64,000 nucleotides of DNA from an uncultured Flavobacteriales bacterium (GCA_938023515.1 CALJDR010000085.1:46-64045), one strand, 5' to 3'. Numbered from the stretch's first letter, positions 47,102 to 56,915 are shown. Numbers and translations: made by a program. Notes: generated by a model not told the origin, from the letters alone.

Positions 47102-48944
47102 CGTCCGCCGTCAGATCCCAAAGGGAATACCCAGCCGCAAGGCTATCCTGGGCCATACGTTCCGAAGCGTGGAAAGTAACGGTACCCACGACATAGCCCG
47201 GCGTATTGATCCTCGCCTGCATCTGGCCGCCGTTGATATACCGATCTTCCCGGTATCGGATGGTCGTGCTTATGTAATATTGATCTACCTCGGTGATCTC
47301 GCCCTCGAAAGGCTCTACATCCCCATCGGAAAAAGTTACATAGCCCGATATCCCCATCACGACCGTTCCGGCTATATCCGGGGTAGTGCTTACCGTTATG
47401 CGGTAATAAGCCGGATTTCCACTTTCATCGAAATCCATTCCTATCCCCCCTATCACATCTACCGTAACCGTGGAAAGGGCAAAGGAGGCCGTGCCGGTCA
47501 GATCGGCGGATATATTGGTACGGGTAACGCTGGCTGTGGTGTAGGTTGCTCCATCCGAAAAAGTCCATTTTACAAACTTGTAGCCTGCGCGGGGGGTAGC
47601 GTTCCAAGTGGCGGATCCGCCGATGGTAACGCTGGCCGGGGACACCGTGGCCGTGCCGTAACTATCCTGGCCGGAAGCGACCAAGGCCCGCAGCGCAAAA
47701 GGCCGAAGGGCGAAATATGCCGTATCCGTGTAACCGGCCCGGATCTTGGATAAGGTAAAACTTGCTTCCGCCGGCGTATGCTTTTCCCATCGGGATAGTA
47801 TATATCCGGTTTTAGGGGTGGCCGTAACGACGCTGGAGCCGTTACGCGGTACTTGTTCCGGATTGGCTCTTACGGTACCTTGATTTTCATTGGCGGATGA
47901 TACTTCGATGCTGTATCTGTTATTATCCGCTTCGGTATAGATATCGGCTACTTGCCAGGTGCCCGGCGGTTGGATCTCCACATTCTGCGGGATGGATACT
48001 TCCCCGGCTCCCTGGATACCCTCTACCGTGCGGATAATCTCCTGGCCGTTCACCGTAAGCTCGAAGGTGTAACCGGTCAAAACGTGGCCGCCTCCGGTAG
48101 TATCCATATAGGGAATATCCAAGGTGATCGTGGCAAACTGTACGCTATCCCTGTTTTGCAGGGTTTTAGCCTCGATACACACCTGGCCGGCGGCGTTCAC
48201 GTAAAAGATCATCGAAAAATCGATGACTTTGCTGGCATCGGCAAAAATGGCTGTATCGGTGTAATTGTCAAATATGGTTTTACCGTAGGCGATTGCTTTT
48301 TGCCCGGATGACCACCGGACGAAACGCCAGGTATTGCGATCCGTTTCCGTAGCCTGGAGCACGACCGATGTGCCATACAACGGGCTGGAATTGCTCACGC
48401 TGGCGGTACCGGCTCCGGAGGGCGATACAGACACATTCACGCTCGGATGCCAGCCTTCCACCGACTGCCGGATATTTCCTTGCCGGTAGGCGTATTCTCC
48501 AAGTCCCGCCGGGGTGATGGTAACGCCGGAAATAATCAGTTTATAACACTTTTTGGGCGTATTCTTCCGGAATATATGAGCCTGGGCATCGCAAGTAAAA
48601 TCGAACGACATTTGAAATAAATCGCTGCTGCCATCCGTAAAATAAGCGATCAAGTCCATCCCTACCGTGGCCGTCATGGGTTGGCCGTTCAGATTATAAA
48701 CGCCGGCGGGACGATATGGCAGGCTGGCTGTACTTTTCACCGTAGCCACCGCTTGCGTACCGCCATCGATGGTTATGGCCAAGTCCATATTTAGCGGCTC
48801 CTGAAATAAATACCATTGTCCGTTCTTATATATGGCCGTGCCGCCCTTCATCCCGCGCCATTTGCCGTTATAATAAACCTCCTGCCCGATGATGGAATAT
48901 CCCCGGCCACCTTTGTAAATCAATATATCGGATGCCTTTGCCAT
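47082..48944 (-). CDS. Tail fibre / receptor-binding protein with three InlB-B-repeat-like (Listeria-Bacteroides repeat) modules
   Basis: 620 aa with three modules of the pattern G-T-x-V...G-S-x-V...A-T-P-x-x-G-Y-x-F-x-x-W (GTASVSNSS...WRFVRW; GTVRANPEQ...GYILSRW; GTATVSPAS...GYKFVKW). It follows the collagen-like gene. Confidence 0.6.
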   Translation of the reverse strand: MAKASDILIYKGGRGYSIIGQEVYYNGKWRGMKGGTAIYKNGQWYLFQEPLNMDLAITIDGGTQAVATVKSTASLPYRPAGVYNLNGQPMTATVGMDLIAYFTDGSSDLFQMSFDFTCDAQAHIFRKNTPKKCYKLIISGVTITPAGLGEYAYRQGNIRQSVEGWHPSVNVSVSPSGAGTASVSNSSPLYGTSVVLQATETDRNTWRFVRWSSGQKAIAYGKTIFDNYTDTAIFADASKVIDFSMIFYVNAAGQVCIEAKTLQNRDSVQFATITLDIPYMDTTGGGHVLTGYTFELTVNGQEIIRTVEGIQGAGEVSIPQNVEIQPPGTWQVADIYTEADNNRYSIEVSSANENQGTVRANPEQVPRNGSSVVTATPKTGYILSRWEKHTPAEASFTLSKIRAGYTDTAYFALRPFALRALVASGQDSYGTATVSPASVTIGGSATWNATPRAGYKFVKWTFSDGATYTTASVTRTNISADLTGTASFALSTVTVDVIGGIGMDFDESGNPAYYRITVSTTPDIAGTVVMGISGYVTFSDGDVEPFEGEITEVDQYYISTTIRYREDRYINGGQMQARINTPGYVVGTVTFHASERMAQDSLAAGYSLWDLTADDDDAIE

Positions 48945-48956
48945 TGCCGTAGTGAT

Positions 48957-49835
48957 CTATGTAGTTACGATACGTATATCGCCATCCTTCGGGTTAGCCG
49001 GGACGGTATCCACGTATAAGGTCGGCAAATCGGACGCAAAGGCCATTTTTTGCCACGGAGTAAATAACGATCCGTATATATAGCGGATATATATGGCCGG
49101 CATCGGGGATGTGCTGTTAGAAGGTATAGGGATGAATACCTGGGTGCCGCGCTGCGCTTCGCCTCCTAAATGCCCAAAATCCATTCGGGATACGATCAGC
49201 GTAAACGATACATCCGTAGTCGGTTTATTCGCTATCGCTGGGGTAGTTGAATTATGGGTGTAAACTCCCGGTATCTTGGCCGTATTCAGATCGGTAATCC
49301 CAGGAAATTTACTATTCAAATAACTAACGTCTAATTCATAGGCTGCCGTGGCAGTTCCGGCAACATCCCCCTCTAAATTCCCGGAAAATCCGCCGAGCGA
49401 CATTATCGGGACACCGCTCAATATGGCTCCTTCGCCGTTGGAAAGGCTTATCAATAGCCCAAGACCATCGGATCCTTTTTCCCGGATTATAAGGCTATCC
49501 ACGGTGTTCGGATCGTTCATCGTGTATGGCTCGACCGCTACCGGCCCGAAGTTCATGGGCCCGGTGATATCCGATCCTGTTTTCTTGACATATTCGTCCA
49601 GCCTGGAATAATCCACCTCACCGGTGTCCCCCTTGGGGCCTTGAGGGCCGGGATCACCTTTCGGCCCCTGGACACCGGCAGCTCCGGGATCGCCTTTATC
49701 ACCTTTCGGCCCTTGGGCACCGGCAGCTCCGGGATCGCCTTTATCACCTTTCGGCCCTTGGGGGCCAGGTGCGCCGCCTATTACGATCTGCGGATCTACC
49801 GGGAAACCGCAATTTTTACATTTTTCGTCTGCCAT
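48957..49835 (-). CDS. Collagen-like (G-X-Y repeat) tail fibre protein
   Basis: 292 aa from ATG 49835 ([10 protein letters not shown]...) with about 20 G-X-Y triplets ([34 protein letters not shown]...). The ORF-track start at 49871 translates the upstream hairpin repeat. Confidence 0.75.
   Translation of the reverse strand: MADEKCKNCGFPVDPQIVIGGAPGPQGPKGDKGDPGAAGAQGPKGDKGDPGAAGVQGPKGDPGPQGPKGDTGEVDYSRLDEYVKKTGSDITGPMNFGPVAVEPYTMNDPNTVDSLIIREKGSDGLGLLISLSNGEGAILSGVPIMSLGGFSGNLEGDVAGTATAAYELDVSYLNSKFPGITDLNTAKIPGVYTHNSTTPAIANKPTTDVSFTLIVSRMDFGHLGGEAQRGTQVFIPIPSNSTSPMPAIYIRYIYGSLFTPWQKMAFASDLPTLYVDTVPANPKDGDIRIVTT
49653..49762. repeat. 45-bp tandem repeat (about 2.4 copies) inside the collagen-like region
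   Basis: Unit 49653-49697 differs from unit 49698-49742 at 2 positions, and a partial third unit runs to about 49762. The repeat encodes the 15-aa unit [15 protein letters not shown]. Confidence 0.85.
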
Positions 49836-49852
49836 AACGTTTTCTTTTATGG

Positions 49853-49890
49853 CACAAAAAAAGCCCCGCAATGCAGGGCTTCAAAGGACA
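49853..49890 (-). terminator. 38-nt hairpin + U-tract element, copy 1 (identical to 56172-56209)
   Basis: The minus strand reads TGTCCTTTGAAGCCCTGCATTGCGGGGCTTTTTTTGTG: a 7-bp stem GCCCUGC/GCGGGGC (one G.U), loop AUU, then U7. It lies 13 nt after the stop of gene 49904-50911 and 17 nt before ATG 49835. Confidence 0.7.
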
Positions 49891-49903
49891 GACTTGGCGG
49901 GGA

Positions 49904-50911
49904 TCAGATGTAACGACTTTCCCGAAGCTCGGTAAAGACAATATCCAGGGTGCGCGGCGTGGTGTTATCGTCAGACGAATATACCAGGTGATCCTCGCAC
50001 GTAACGGCAAAGGGAACGGCCTGCAGGCAATACTCGGATTTTAGATACACCTCGTCCGAGCGTAGAATATCCGCGATATTTACCCCGTAATACTCCGGGT
50101 GAAGATATCCGGTATTTATTTTGAATTGTCTTTTACGGGCGGCCCGCATCGTGCGGTCGGTATATAGGCCGCTTTGTGTGTCGTACCGTTTGAGCGTTTC
50201 GGCTTCCTGGGCGGCGGACTCGGACACTTCCATCTTTCCCCGGATGGTAAGGCGTTCCCACGCGCCGAAGCTATTGCGGTACGTAACCACGCCGCGTACC
50301 GGGGCGGGCGGATCCGGCTGGATGGCGATGGTTAGCGGTGTTTTGCCCTGTTGGGACAGCGTATAAAGCGGTATCCCTGCCTCGAATGCCCGAAGATCCA
50401 GGGCCACGATCTGCCCCAGGTAAGGCGTAAGGTCGTAAGTTTCGGCTTTATTCACCGTCCGGACGGTAATAGGTGCCCCGCCCAGGACATAGACCGGTAA
50501 CAGGTCGCTTTCGTACCAATGGGCAAGGGTGCCATCGTATCCGGAAATAAGGGCCGGGATCCGTGAGGCCATCCACCGGGCATACGCGGCATTTCCTAAC
50601 GAAGTGCCGCCGGGCAGCACGTAAAAATCAGCCGAAACACCACCGACCGCCACCGTAAAATGCCCCTGGGGATCGAACGGGGTAACGATATCCGGAAAGT
50701 TATCGGCCAGGGCAGGCTTGCCGATGTACGGGGCAACGGCCTCGGCCAGGTCGATGTGTAAGGTATCGGTGTAAGGCTCGTATTTTTCGGAAAATAGGAG
50801 CGTATCGCCCCGCTTTAGCTCGATGGTGTACGTTTGCCGGGCCGTCAGCCCGGACAGGTGCGCCATAACGGGGCATCCGGCGAAGGATAATTTTTGTATC
50901 TCTATATTCAT
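49904..50911 (-). CDS. Phage tail/baseplate-associated protein (unknown family)
   Basis: 335 aa from ATG 50911 (MNIEIQKLSF...). Its start overlaps the stop of the upstream gene (ATGA at 50908-50911). The ORF-track start at 51265 is an overlapping extension. Confidence 0.5.
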   Translation of the reverse strand: MNIEIQKLSFAGCPVMAHLSGLTARQTYTIELKRGDTLLFSEKYEPYTDTLHIDLAEAVAPYIGKPALADNFPDIVTPFDPQGHFTVAVGGVSADFYVLPGGTSLGNAAYARWMASRIPALISGYDGTLAHWYESDLLPVYVLGGAPITVRTVNKAETYDLTPYLGQIVALDLRAFEAGIPLYTLSQQGKTPLTIAIQPDPPAPVRGVVTYRNSFGAWERLTIRGKMEVSESAAQEAETLKRYDTQSGLYTDRTMRAARKRQFKINTGYLHPEYYGVNIADILRSDEVYLKSEYCLQAVPFAVTCEDHLVYSSDDNTTPRTLDIVFTELRESRYI

Positions 50912-53142
50912 GGTCTGGGTGGTTTTTCTTCGTAATATCCGGTAGCCTCGATGGTTATTTCCGTATTCCCGGCTATGCGTTCCAAGGTTTGTATCACATC
51001 TGCAGGCGGGGCGATGGCGTGGTTTTGGTACAGGATTTCCTCGCCTTTGGTAATGGTCATATCGATAAGCCCCATATCTGCCGGATCCGTCAATATCAGA
51101 CCTTCCAAATGGGCCGTATCTCCGTCCTGGATGGGGACTTCCATTTGCAGGCTCCCGTCCGTAGGGAAAGAATAGGCCCCCGCCGAGGTGGTTACGGTAC
51201 CGGATATTTTGCAATTTGTCAAATGCAGATTGATTTTGAGCGTAAATGTGGGGACAAACCCGCATTGCGAGGACTCCGGGTAGTATATTTGTTCGGTTGA
51301 GTCGTAATCATCCATCGTTTCGTGGCCGTCATACCAAATGTATTTCCGGCGGAAAACGCGGGTAACGACCAACGTAGTACCGGAGCACCGGCTATTTTCC
51401 GAGCTAACGACCTTGACGATTTCCCGGATCACATCGTCCGGTTGTTGCGTTTCCTTTTCCACATCATACGGCTCCTGCAGGCGGGCCGTGCGCAGGATCA
51501 CCTCGTAATAATCCGCCGCCACGTTGTCCGTGATCTGCTCGACCACCACCGGCTGACCGAAAAGCAAATACTTGCCCAGCACCCCAAGTGTGATACGTTT
51601 GTCGATTTTTACGGTGATACGCTGGTTAGCATGGCGCAGGAACATATCGAAGTCCGCATAATACTGCTTGTATATCCCCTTCACGCCCCAGGTCTGCGGG
51701 CTGAATTGTCCCCGGATATCGACCGTGCCGTCCGGATCCTTGAAAAGAAAACACAGGCAGTCCTTGGTGCCGCTCTTTTTGTCCTCGGCGTTGGTAAGGG
51801 CGGTATTGAGCCAATTTGCCCCGGTAAGTACCGCAATGGCCCCATCCGGAATGGTGCGGCTGGCCGGGGTGAGCGGGATCTCTATTTCCTTTTTCTCGGA
51901 CAGCACATCGGGATCGTAGGCAAATACATTGCTGCACAGGACGGTATTTGTACGGGTGGTTAGTCCGCCTTTGGCCGAGGTGCTGTACATCATAAAAAGG
52001 TTATAAAAAGGCTGGTAATTCGGCTCCTGCAGCCACGCCTTCGATGACTGTGCTTCCTGGAAAAGGCTTGTCCATACCTTCGCCGCCTCCTGGATGGTTT
52101 CATACGTGGGGGATCCGGCGATATCGCCCTTAAAATCCTGCGTGATGCCGTCCTGGGCGTAAGTCATTCCGTCTATCGATGTGCGGGTAAACTTGTTTTC
52201 CTGGGTAAGCCGCACCTGGGACGGTTTGTGCATTTCTACCACCGGACGATCCGCGATATATTCGTCCAGGTCGGCCACCACCGGCGTGGCCAGCCACTCG
52301 GAAAAACTCACAAAGCGGGGCCTTCCGGCCTCTACAATGAACTTGCCGCCCCGGATCCTTTCGATGCCGGTAACAAAATCCACCGCCGTGAGTTCCGGGG
52401 CGAGCTGGCTATACGTGATAATACTTCGCACGATGGCATCCACCGTATTGCAGGCTATCAGTATCTCGCCCTGGGCGCGGTCGTATATTTGGGAGGTGTC
52501 GAACGCCTGGCCAAAGAGTTTTTTTAGCACCCAGCCCAAACGCAGGAAGGGCACGATGCCATACCCTTCGGGATTATAAGATACGGTTTTGCTATCGATA
52601 TAATCCTGGGCCTTGGTCTGAAAACGCCCATCGGTGCGGGTATTGATGATAAAACGCTGCTGCTGTTCCTTGGGATAGGACAGGTAGATGTTTTCCACCA
52701 TATCATAGGGATCTTCCGAAAGATCGTCCTGGGACAGATGGGTAATACATTGATAAATGGACGGGAACGATTTTTCACCGTCCAGGAATTGCGCCAGCAT
52801 ATAATCCTTGAATTTGGCGGCCACGGTACCGGTATCCACGGCGGCGGACACTTCGATACTATCGGAGCTCACGGCGGTAACGCTCACCGTTACGGCATAC
52901 ATCCGGGCTCCCACCCATAGCTGGCCGTCCTTTTCATCGGGCATCTTGGCCGTGCGGGTAAAACGGGCCGGATAGCCGAAAATCCGGTTATTGTGCGGGG
53001 TAAGGGGCAAGGAAAAAGGATAGGTATAACTGCCCTGGCCGTCCGAGATAAGCGGGTTGATATCGATGATGGTAATGGCCGGGCGCGTGGAAAAGTCCAC
53101 ATCCTCGCCCTCCACGACAAGGCGTATATTTTTATCATTCAT
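50908..53142 (-). CDS. Large distal-tail/baseplate protein (unknown family)
   Basis: 744 aa. The call rests only on its position immediately after the tape measure (ATGA overlap at 53139-53142), typical for Dit/Tal-type proteins; no motif was recognised. Confidence 0.5.
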   Translation of the reverse strand: MNDKNIRLVVEGEDVDFSTRPAITIIDINPLISDGQGSYTYPFSLPLTPHNNRIFGYPARFTRTAKMPDEKDGQLWVGARMYAVTVSVTAVSSDSIEVSAAVDTGTVAAKFKDYMLAQFLDGEKSFPSIYQCITHLSQDDLSEDPYDMVENIYLSYPKEQQQRFIINTRTDGRFQTKAQDYIDSKTVSYNPEGYGIVPFLRLGWVLKKLFGQAFDTSQIYDRAQGEILIACNTVDAIVRSIITYSQLAPELTAVDFVTGIERIRGGKFIVEAGRPRFVSFSEWLATPVVADLDEYIADRPVVEMHKPSQVRLTQENKFTRTSIDGMTYAQDGITQDFKGDIAGSPTYETIQEAAKVWTSLFQEAQSSKAWLQEPNYQPFYNLFMMYSTSAKGGLTTRTNTVLCSNVFAYDPDVLSEKKEIEIPLTPASRTIPDGAIAVLTGANWLNTALTNAEDKKSGTKDCLCFLFKDPDGTVDIRGQFSPQTWGVKGIYKQYYADFDMFLRHANQRITVKIDKRITLGVLGKYLLFGQPVVVEQITDNVAADYYEVILRTARLQEPYDVEKETQQPDDVIREIVKVVSSENSRCSGTTLVVTRVFRRKYIWYDGHETMDDYDSTEQIYYPESSQCGFVPTFTLKINLHLTNCKISGTVTTSAGAYSFPTDGSLQMEVPIQDGDTAHLEGLILTDPADMGLIDMTITKGEEILYQNHAIAPPADVIQTLERIAGNTEITIEATGYYEEKPPRP

Positions 53143-56100
53143 AATCTTGCAAGGTTTTTAGCGGTATCAAGTTTTTGCTGCATGGCGTTCAAATCCGACA
53201 ATACCACATAAGCGCGGTGATCCGTCCGGATCGCATCCTTGACCTGTAAAATATCATCGTGGAGCTGCCCCAAAAGAGCCAGCACAGGGGCATTGTCCCC
53301 GTAAACGACACCGCCGCCGTCCCCGCCGGTATATCCGCCGCCGGCGTAACCCCGTGCCCGGATCCCGCCCAGGCTCCGGGCGATGGTGCGCATATTGAGC
53401 CGGCCCACCGTGCCGCGCCGTTGCGCCTGGTCGATGATATCGAACACCGGGCGGATGTGGGGCTTGTTCACGGCCTCGGCGTTGGCCACAAATTCCCGGC
53501 CCCGTTCCCCCACCAGGAGTTCCGGCCCGTCGATGTAGCCCCGCCCGCGTGGATTGACCTTTGCCCGGAAACGGCGGCCATCCTGGGCGCGGATCACATC
53601 GGTATATCCGCCGTCCTCATACCCGCGCACGTAATCCGTGCGTTTGGGTGTCGTGATCTCGCGGGCGGTACCGGTGATGGATGATGAGCTGCCGGTACCG
53701 GTCGTGGACGATGTGAGATTAGGGGCTTCAATAGTCTTACTCTTGATCGCATCGCGCTGTTTTTTCATGGCGTAGATCTGAACAAGCGTAGCCGCGCCCA
53801 CCATTGCGGCGGCAATAGGCCCCGCGATGGGGCCGAGCATGGCAAAACATTGGACGATGGCAAGGGCGGCCTGGGCGGTGGCGGTGGCGATATTGATGGC
53901 AAGCTGCACATCGGCGGCTTTTTTCTCGATCTCCAATTTTTTAACCTCGGATTGATAATCGAGCTCGGCCTTTTTATCGGCGTATTCTTCCCGGAGTCGC
54001 TGCTGTTCGTCCTCGTTGCCGGCAGCCGCATCGATCTGTGCCGAATAATAATCCTGCAGTTTGCCCAGGGATTTATTATAACGTTCTTCCTCGGCTGAAT
54101 AGGCGGCATCGGCTATCATATTTGCAATGCCCGATGCCTGTTGCAATATTGTAGTGGCAATCTGCTCTATCGATATAGCCGCAAGTTGTATTTTCTTTTT
54201 AAGAGCATCCTGTGCTTTCATTTCGCCAGCCTCGACTAATGCGTCAATCGTGGCAAACCCTTCTTTAGTGCTGGAAACCATATTATCGATATCCGATATC
54301 CAGCCTGCACGCCCAGATTTAAAAGCGTCATGTATTGTCCGATCTATTTCATCAACCCGCTTCTTGAGTTCATTAATATACTTTTGATACGCATCTAATT
54401 GTTCCTGCAGGCCCGCAACCTGTGCATCGGTATTCTTTTTAAATGCGGCATTTATGGCCGTTTCCCGATCTTTGAGATATTGGCGGGTGATGGCCATAGC
54501 CCGTTCCGCCTCGGTCTTGGCGTTAGCGATGGCGATATCCGCCATTTCGGTTTGCGTGGAAACGGTGTCCTGTCCGTACTTCTTTTGGAGTTCTAACAGG
54601 CTATTAAGGTGCCGGGACTTGATGGATTTTATTTCGGCATCGGCAGTTTGTTCGTTCTTTTTCCCTTCTGCCTGGGCCTGCTTGACGGCCAGGATTGAAG
54701 CGGCCAAATGCCCATCCAGGATAGTCCTTTCAGCATCGTATTTTTTCTTGTTTTCGGCTTTGACTTTCTCGGTATCCTCGGTATTTAGGGCCTTGAGTGC
54801 TGCCTGGTGTATTTGCCGGGCGGCTAATTCTTCGGCATCATATTTTTCTTGGGCAGCCTGGATAGTTTGGCGGACACGCTCTTTCATGGCGGCCATATCC
54901 TTATCGTACTGCTCTTGAGTTATTCTATTACTTTCAAAATCATTCTTCCTCTCTTGGGAATATTGTGCCTCGTAATCCTTTTGAACCTGGTAAACTTTAT
55001 CTAATTCTGTTTTGTTTTTATCTCGGATAGCCTGGTAATGATCTTCGATACTTTCCCTGGTTTGCTTTTCATCGCCTCCGAGTAATTTTAGGGCATATTC
55101 TTTCATTTTTTCCCCAACAAAATCAATTTGCAGCCCCATATTGGCCACATTTTGCAGAGTTTCATCGATATCCCCGTTGATATTGGCCCAAAGTGCTTTG
55201 ACCTTTGTAACCATATTTGCATTTAGCCCGGACAGGTTTAGGGTGTTTTGCATAACTGTCTGCGCGGCCTCCATTCCTTTCCGCTCTTTCTCGACCACCA
55301 GGCGAGCATACTCGGCGGCATAGGCTTCGGCCAGGGCCTTCTCCTTGACTTTTTGGATGTATTTGTCCAGGGCCTCGGTGTTGTCCCCGACCAAACGCCC
55401 GCTTTCTGTAAGTGAGGCGTGATATTCCGGTACGATGGCCTGTAATTGTTTAAGCGCATCCCGCCGCTTTTCCAGGGAAAGGTTGCTATCGGTTAGGGCC
55501 TGGTGTAAAAGATTGATCTTTGTGGTTTCCGCCACGACACTTTCCCCGATTTTTTCATTGATCCGGGCAGTAACTTCGGCCTCGGCGTTATAGGTTTTCA
55601 TGCTGGTTTCCAACCGGGACATAATCGCCCAAAGGGATCCGAGCAAGCCGAGAACGGCACCGATGGGATTGGCCTTAATTGTAGTCCATAGGGCGGATAT
55701 CGTGCCGCGTAATCCCCGTGCGGATAGCGTGGCGAGAACGTTGGCGGAATTGATTTGCTCGGCACTCCGTTCAAATACCTGGGCACTTCTTTGAGAGGAC
55801 AGGCTGGACGCATCGATCTGTTCCTTGATCTCGCCTAACTGCTTTTCCAGGGCTGCCCGGTGTTCGGATCCGGGAATGGCTTTGGCCCATTCCCGATATA
55901 CGGATTGATATTGCTTTTTCAGCTCGGTATAAGACAAAGCCGTTAATCCGACTTCCCGCTTTTGTTCCTGTAAGGTTTTTGTTAGGCGTTCGTTTTCCGC
56001 GCGGAGGGCCTTGGCCTCGTCCGAATTTTTTTTGCCGGCGGCGGTGAGTTTGGATAGGGCTTCCTCATTCTTGCGGATGGCTTCTTCCGTTTCGTATAGC

Positions 56101-56153
56101 CCCTCCTTGCCCTCGGTATTGATGTAAATATTGACTCTCGATGTACTGTCCAT
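53139..56153 (-). CDS. Tail tape measure protein
   Basis: 1004 aa from ATG 56153. It has a long Ala/Glu/Lys/Gln-rich coiled-coil, central hydrophobic helices (ATAQAALAIVQCFAMLGPIAGPIAAAMVGAATLVQIYA) and a Gly-rich C-terminal part. It is the largest gene of the tail module. Confidence 0.8.
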   Translation of the reverse strand: MDSTSRVNIYINTEGKEGLYETEEAIRKNEEALSKLTAAGKKNSDEAKALRAENERLTKTLQEQKREVGLTALSYTELKKQYQSVYREWAKAIPGSEHRAALEKQLGEIKEQIDASSLSSQRSAQVFERSAEQINSANVLATLSARGLRGTISALWTTIKANPIGAVLGLLGSLWAIMSRLETSMKTYNAEAEVTARINEKIGESVVAETTKINLLHQALTDSNLSLEKRRDALKQLQAIVPEYHASLTESGRLVGDNTEALDKYIQKVKEKALAEAYAAEYARLVVEKERKGMEAAQTVMQNTLNLSGLNANMVTKVKALWANINGDIDETLQNVANMGLQIDFVGEKMKEYALKLLGGDEKQTRESIEDHYQAIRDKNKTELDKVYQVQKDYEAQYSQERKNDFESNRITQEQYDKDMAAMKERVRQTIQAAQEKYDAEELAARQIHQAALKALNTEDTEKVKAENKKKYDAERTILDGHLAASILAVKQAQAEGKKNEQTADAEIKSIKSRHLNSLLELQKKYGQDTVSTQTEMADIAIANAKTEAERAMAITRQYLKDRETAINAAFKKNTDAQVAGLQEQLDAYQKYINELKKRVDEIDRTIHDAFKSGRAGWISDIDNMVSSTKEGFATIDALVEAGEMKAQDALKKKIQLAAISIEQIATTILQQASGIANMIADAAYSAEEERYNKSLGKLQDYYSAQIDAAAGNEDEQQRLREEYADKKAELDYQSEVKKLEIEKKAADVQLAINIATATAQAALAIVQCFAMLGPIAGPIAAAMVGAATLVQIYAMKKQRDAIKSKTIEAPNLTSSTTGTGSSSSITGTAREITTPKRTDYVRGYEDGGYTDVIRAQDGRRFRAKVNPRGRGYIDGPELLVGERGREFVANAEAVNKPHIRPVFDIIDQAQRRGTVGRLNMRTIARSLGGIRARGYAGGGYTGGDGGGVVYGDNAPVLALLGQLHDDILQVKDAIRTDHRAYVVLSDLNAMQQKLDTAKNLARL

Positions 56154-56171
56154 AATTATCGCGATTATGGA

Positions 56172-56209
56172 CACAAAAAAAGCCCCGCAATGCAGGGCTT
56201 CAAAGGACA
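56172..56209 (-). terminator. 38-nt hairpin + U-tract element, copy 2 (identical to 49853-49890)
   Basis: The same 38 nt as copy 1. It lies 14 nt after the hicB stop and 18 nt before the tape-measure ATG 56153. Confidence 0.7.
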
Positions 56210-56223
56210 ATTATTTTATCGCA

Positions 56224-56568
56224 TCAAAAGACGATACCGCCCAAAAATTTTTCAAGGGCAGATTTTACTACTTTATTGATGGATGTACGCCGTTTTTGAG
56301 CAATGGTAGCCAGCATCATGTGAACATCCGGCGATACCCGGACATTGAAAGATCCGGTATATTTTTTACGGGGTTCGATACCTTTATCCCGGCACAGGGC
56401 CACATAATCATCGACTGCACTGCGGAAAGAATTTTGCAGTTCCTCCACGCTTTCACCCTCGAAATTGACCAGGGCGTTTATACCTTCGATTTTACCGTAA
56501 AACACGCTATCCTCCTGGCTGTAATTTACCGATCCGATAAATCCGTTGTAAGTGATCGTATTGTTCAT
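56224..56568 (-). CDS. hicB: HicB-family antitoxin (with C-terminal RHH-like DNA-binding tail)
   Basis: 114 aa with a family-typical sequence: YNGFIGSVNYSQEDSVFYGKIEGINALVNFEGESVEEL...VDDYVALC...KKYTGSFNVRVSPDVHMMLA...SINKVV. Confidence 0.85.
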   Translation of the reverse strand: MNNTITYNGFIGSVNYSQEDSVFYGKIEGINALVNFEGESVEELQNSFRSAVDDYVALCRDKGIEPRKKYTGSFNVRVSPDVHMMLATIAQKRRTSINKVVKSALEKFLGGIVF

Positions 56569-56588
56569 ATTTGCCTCCTTTCGTTTTG

Positions 56589-56846
56589 TTAGATCAATTC
56601 AAGTGATTGCAGGGCATCATATACCTGCTTGATAACATAAGACTTGACAATATTGCCCGGATGGGGTTTATGGATCATAATGGGGTACTTTAATTCCTCA
56701 TTCCAAAACATTACCCTGGATCCGGATGTTTTGCCTTTGTTGTCCGCAGCAAAACCGAATATCCCCAATAATGCGGCCAGCTCATCATACGTAAAATCCT
56801 TGGGCTGGCTTTTGAAACGGGCGATTAGCTTGTCTTTCTTGGTCAT
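56589..56846 (-). CDS. hicA: HicA-family mRNA-interferase toxin
   Basis: 85 aa matching the long HicA/YcfA pattern (PKDFTYDELAALL...GKTSGSRVMF...IHKPHPGNIVKSYVIKQV). It lies upstream of hicB, as in canonical hicAB operons. Confidence 0.8.
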   Translation of the reverse strand: MTKKDKLIARFKSQPKDFTYDELAALLGIFGFAADNKGKTSGSRVMFWNEELKYPIMIHKPHPGNIVKSYVIKQVYDALQSLELI

Positions 56847-56865
56847 CGTTTCACTTGATATGGGA

Positions 56866-56873
56866 CAAATGTA
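56866..56873 (-). promoter_or_regulatory. Bacteroidota -7 promoter box driving hicAB
   Basis: The minus strand reads TACATTTG, 20 nt upstream of the hicA ATG 56846. Confidence 0.5.
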
Positions 56874-56915
56874 ACTATTTTTTCAGTTACAAAACAAGCG
56901 AAATAACATTTATTT

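Noticed and set aside
49904-51265. 453-aa version of the baseplate-associated gene
   Set aside because: The first roughly 118 aa overlap the preceding 744-aa gene out of frame and are Arg/Pro/Gly-rich. ATG 50911 forms an ATGA stop/start overlap typical of this operon.
53139-56210. ORF-track N-terminal extensions of the tape measure (start 56210) and the collagen-like gene (start 49871)
   Set aside because: The extra residues ([13 protein letters not shown]..., MRGFFCAI...) are translations of the shared 38-nt terminator hairpin. The internal ATGs at 56153 and 49835 are the credible starts.
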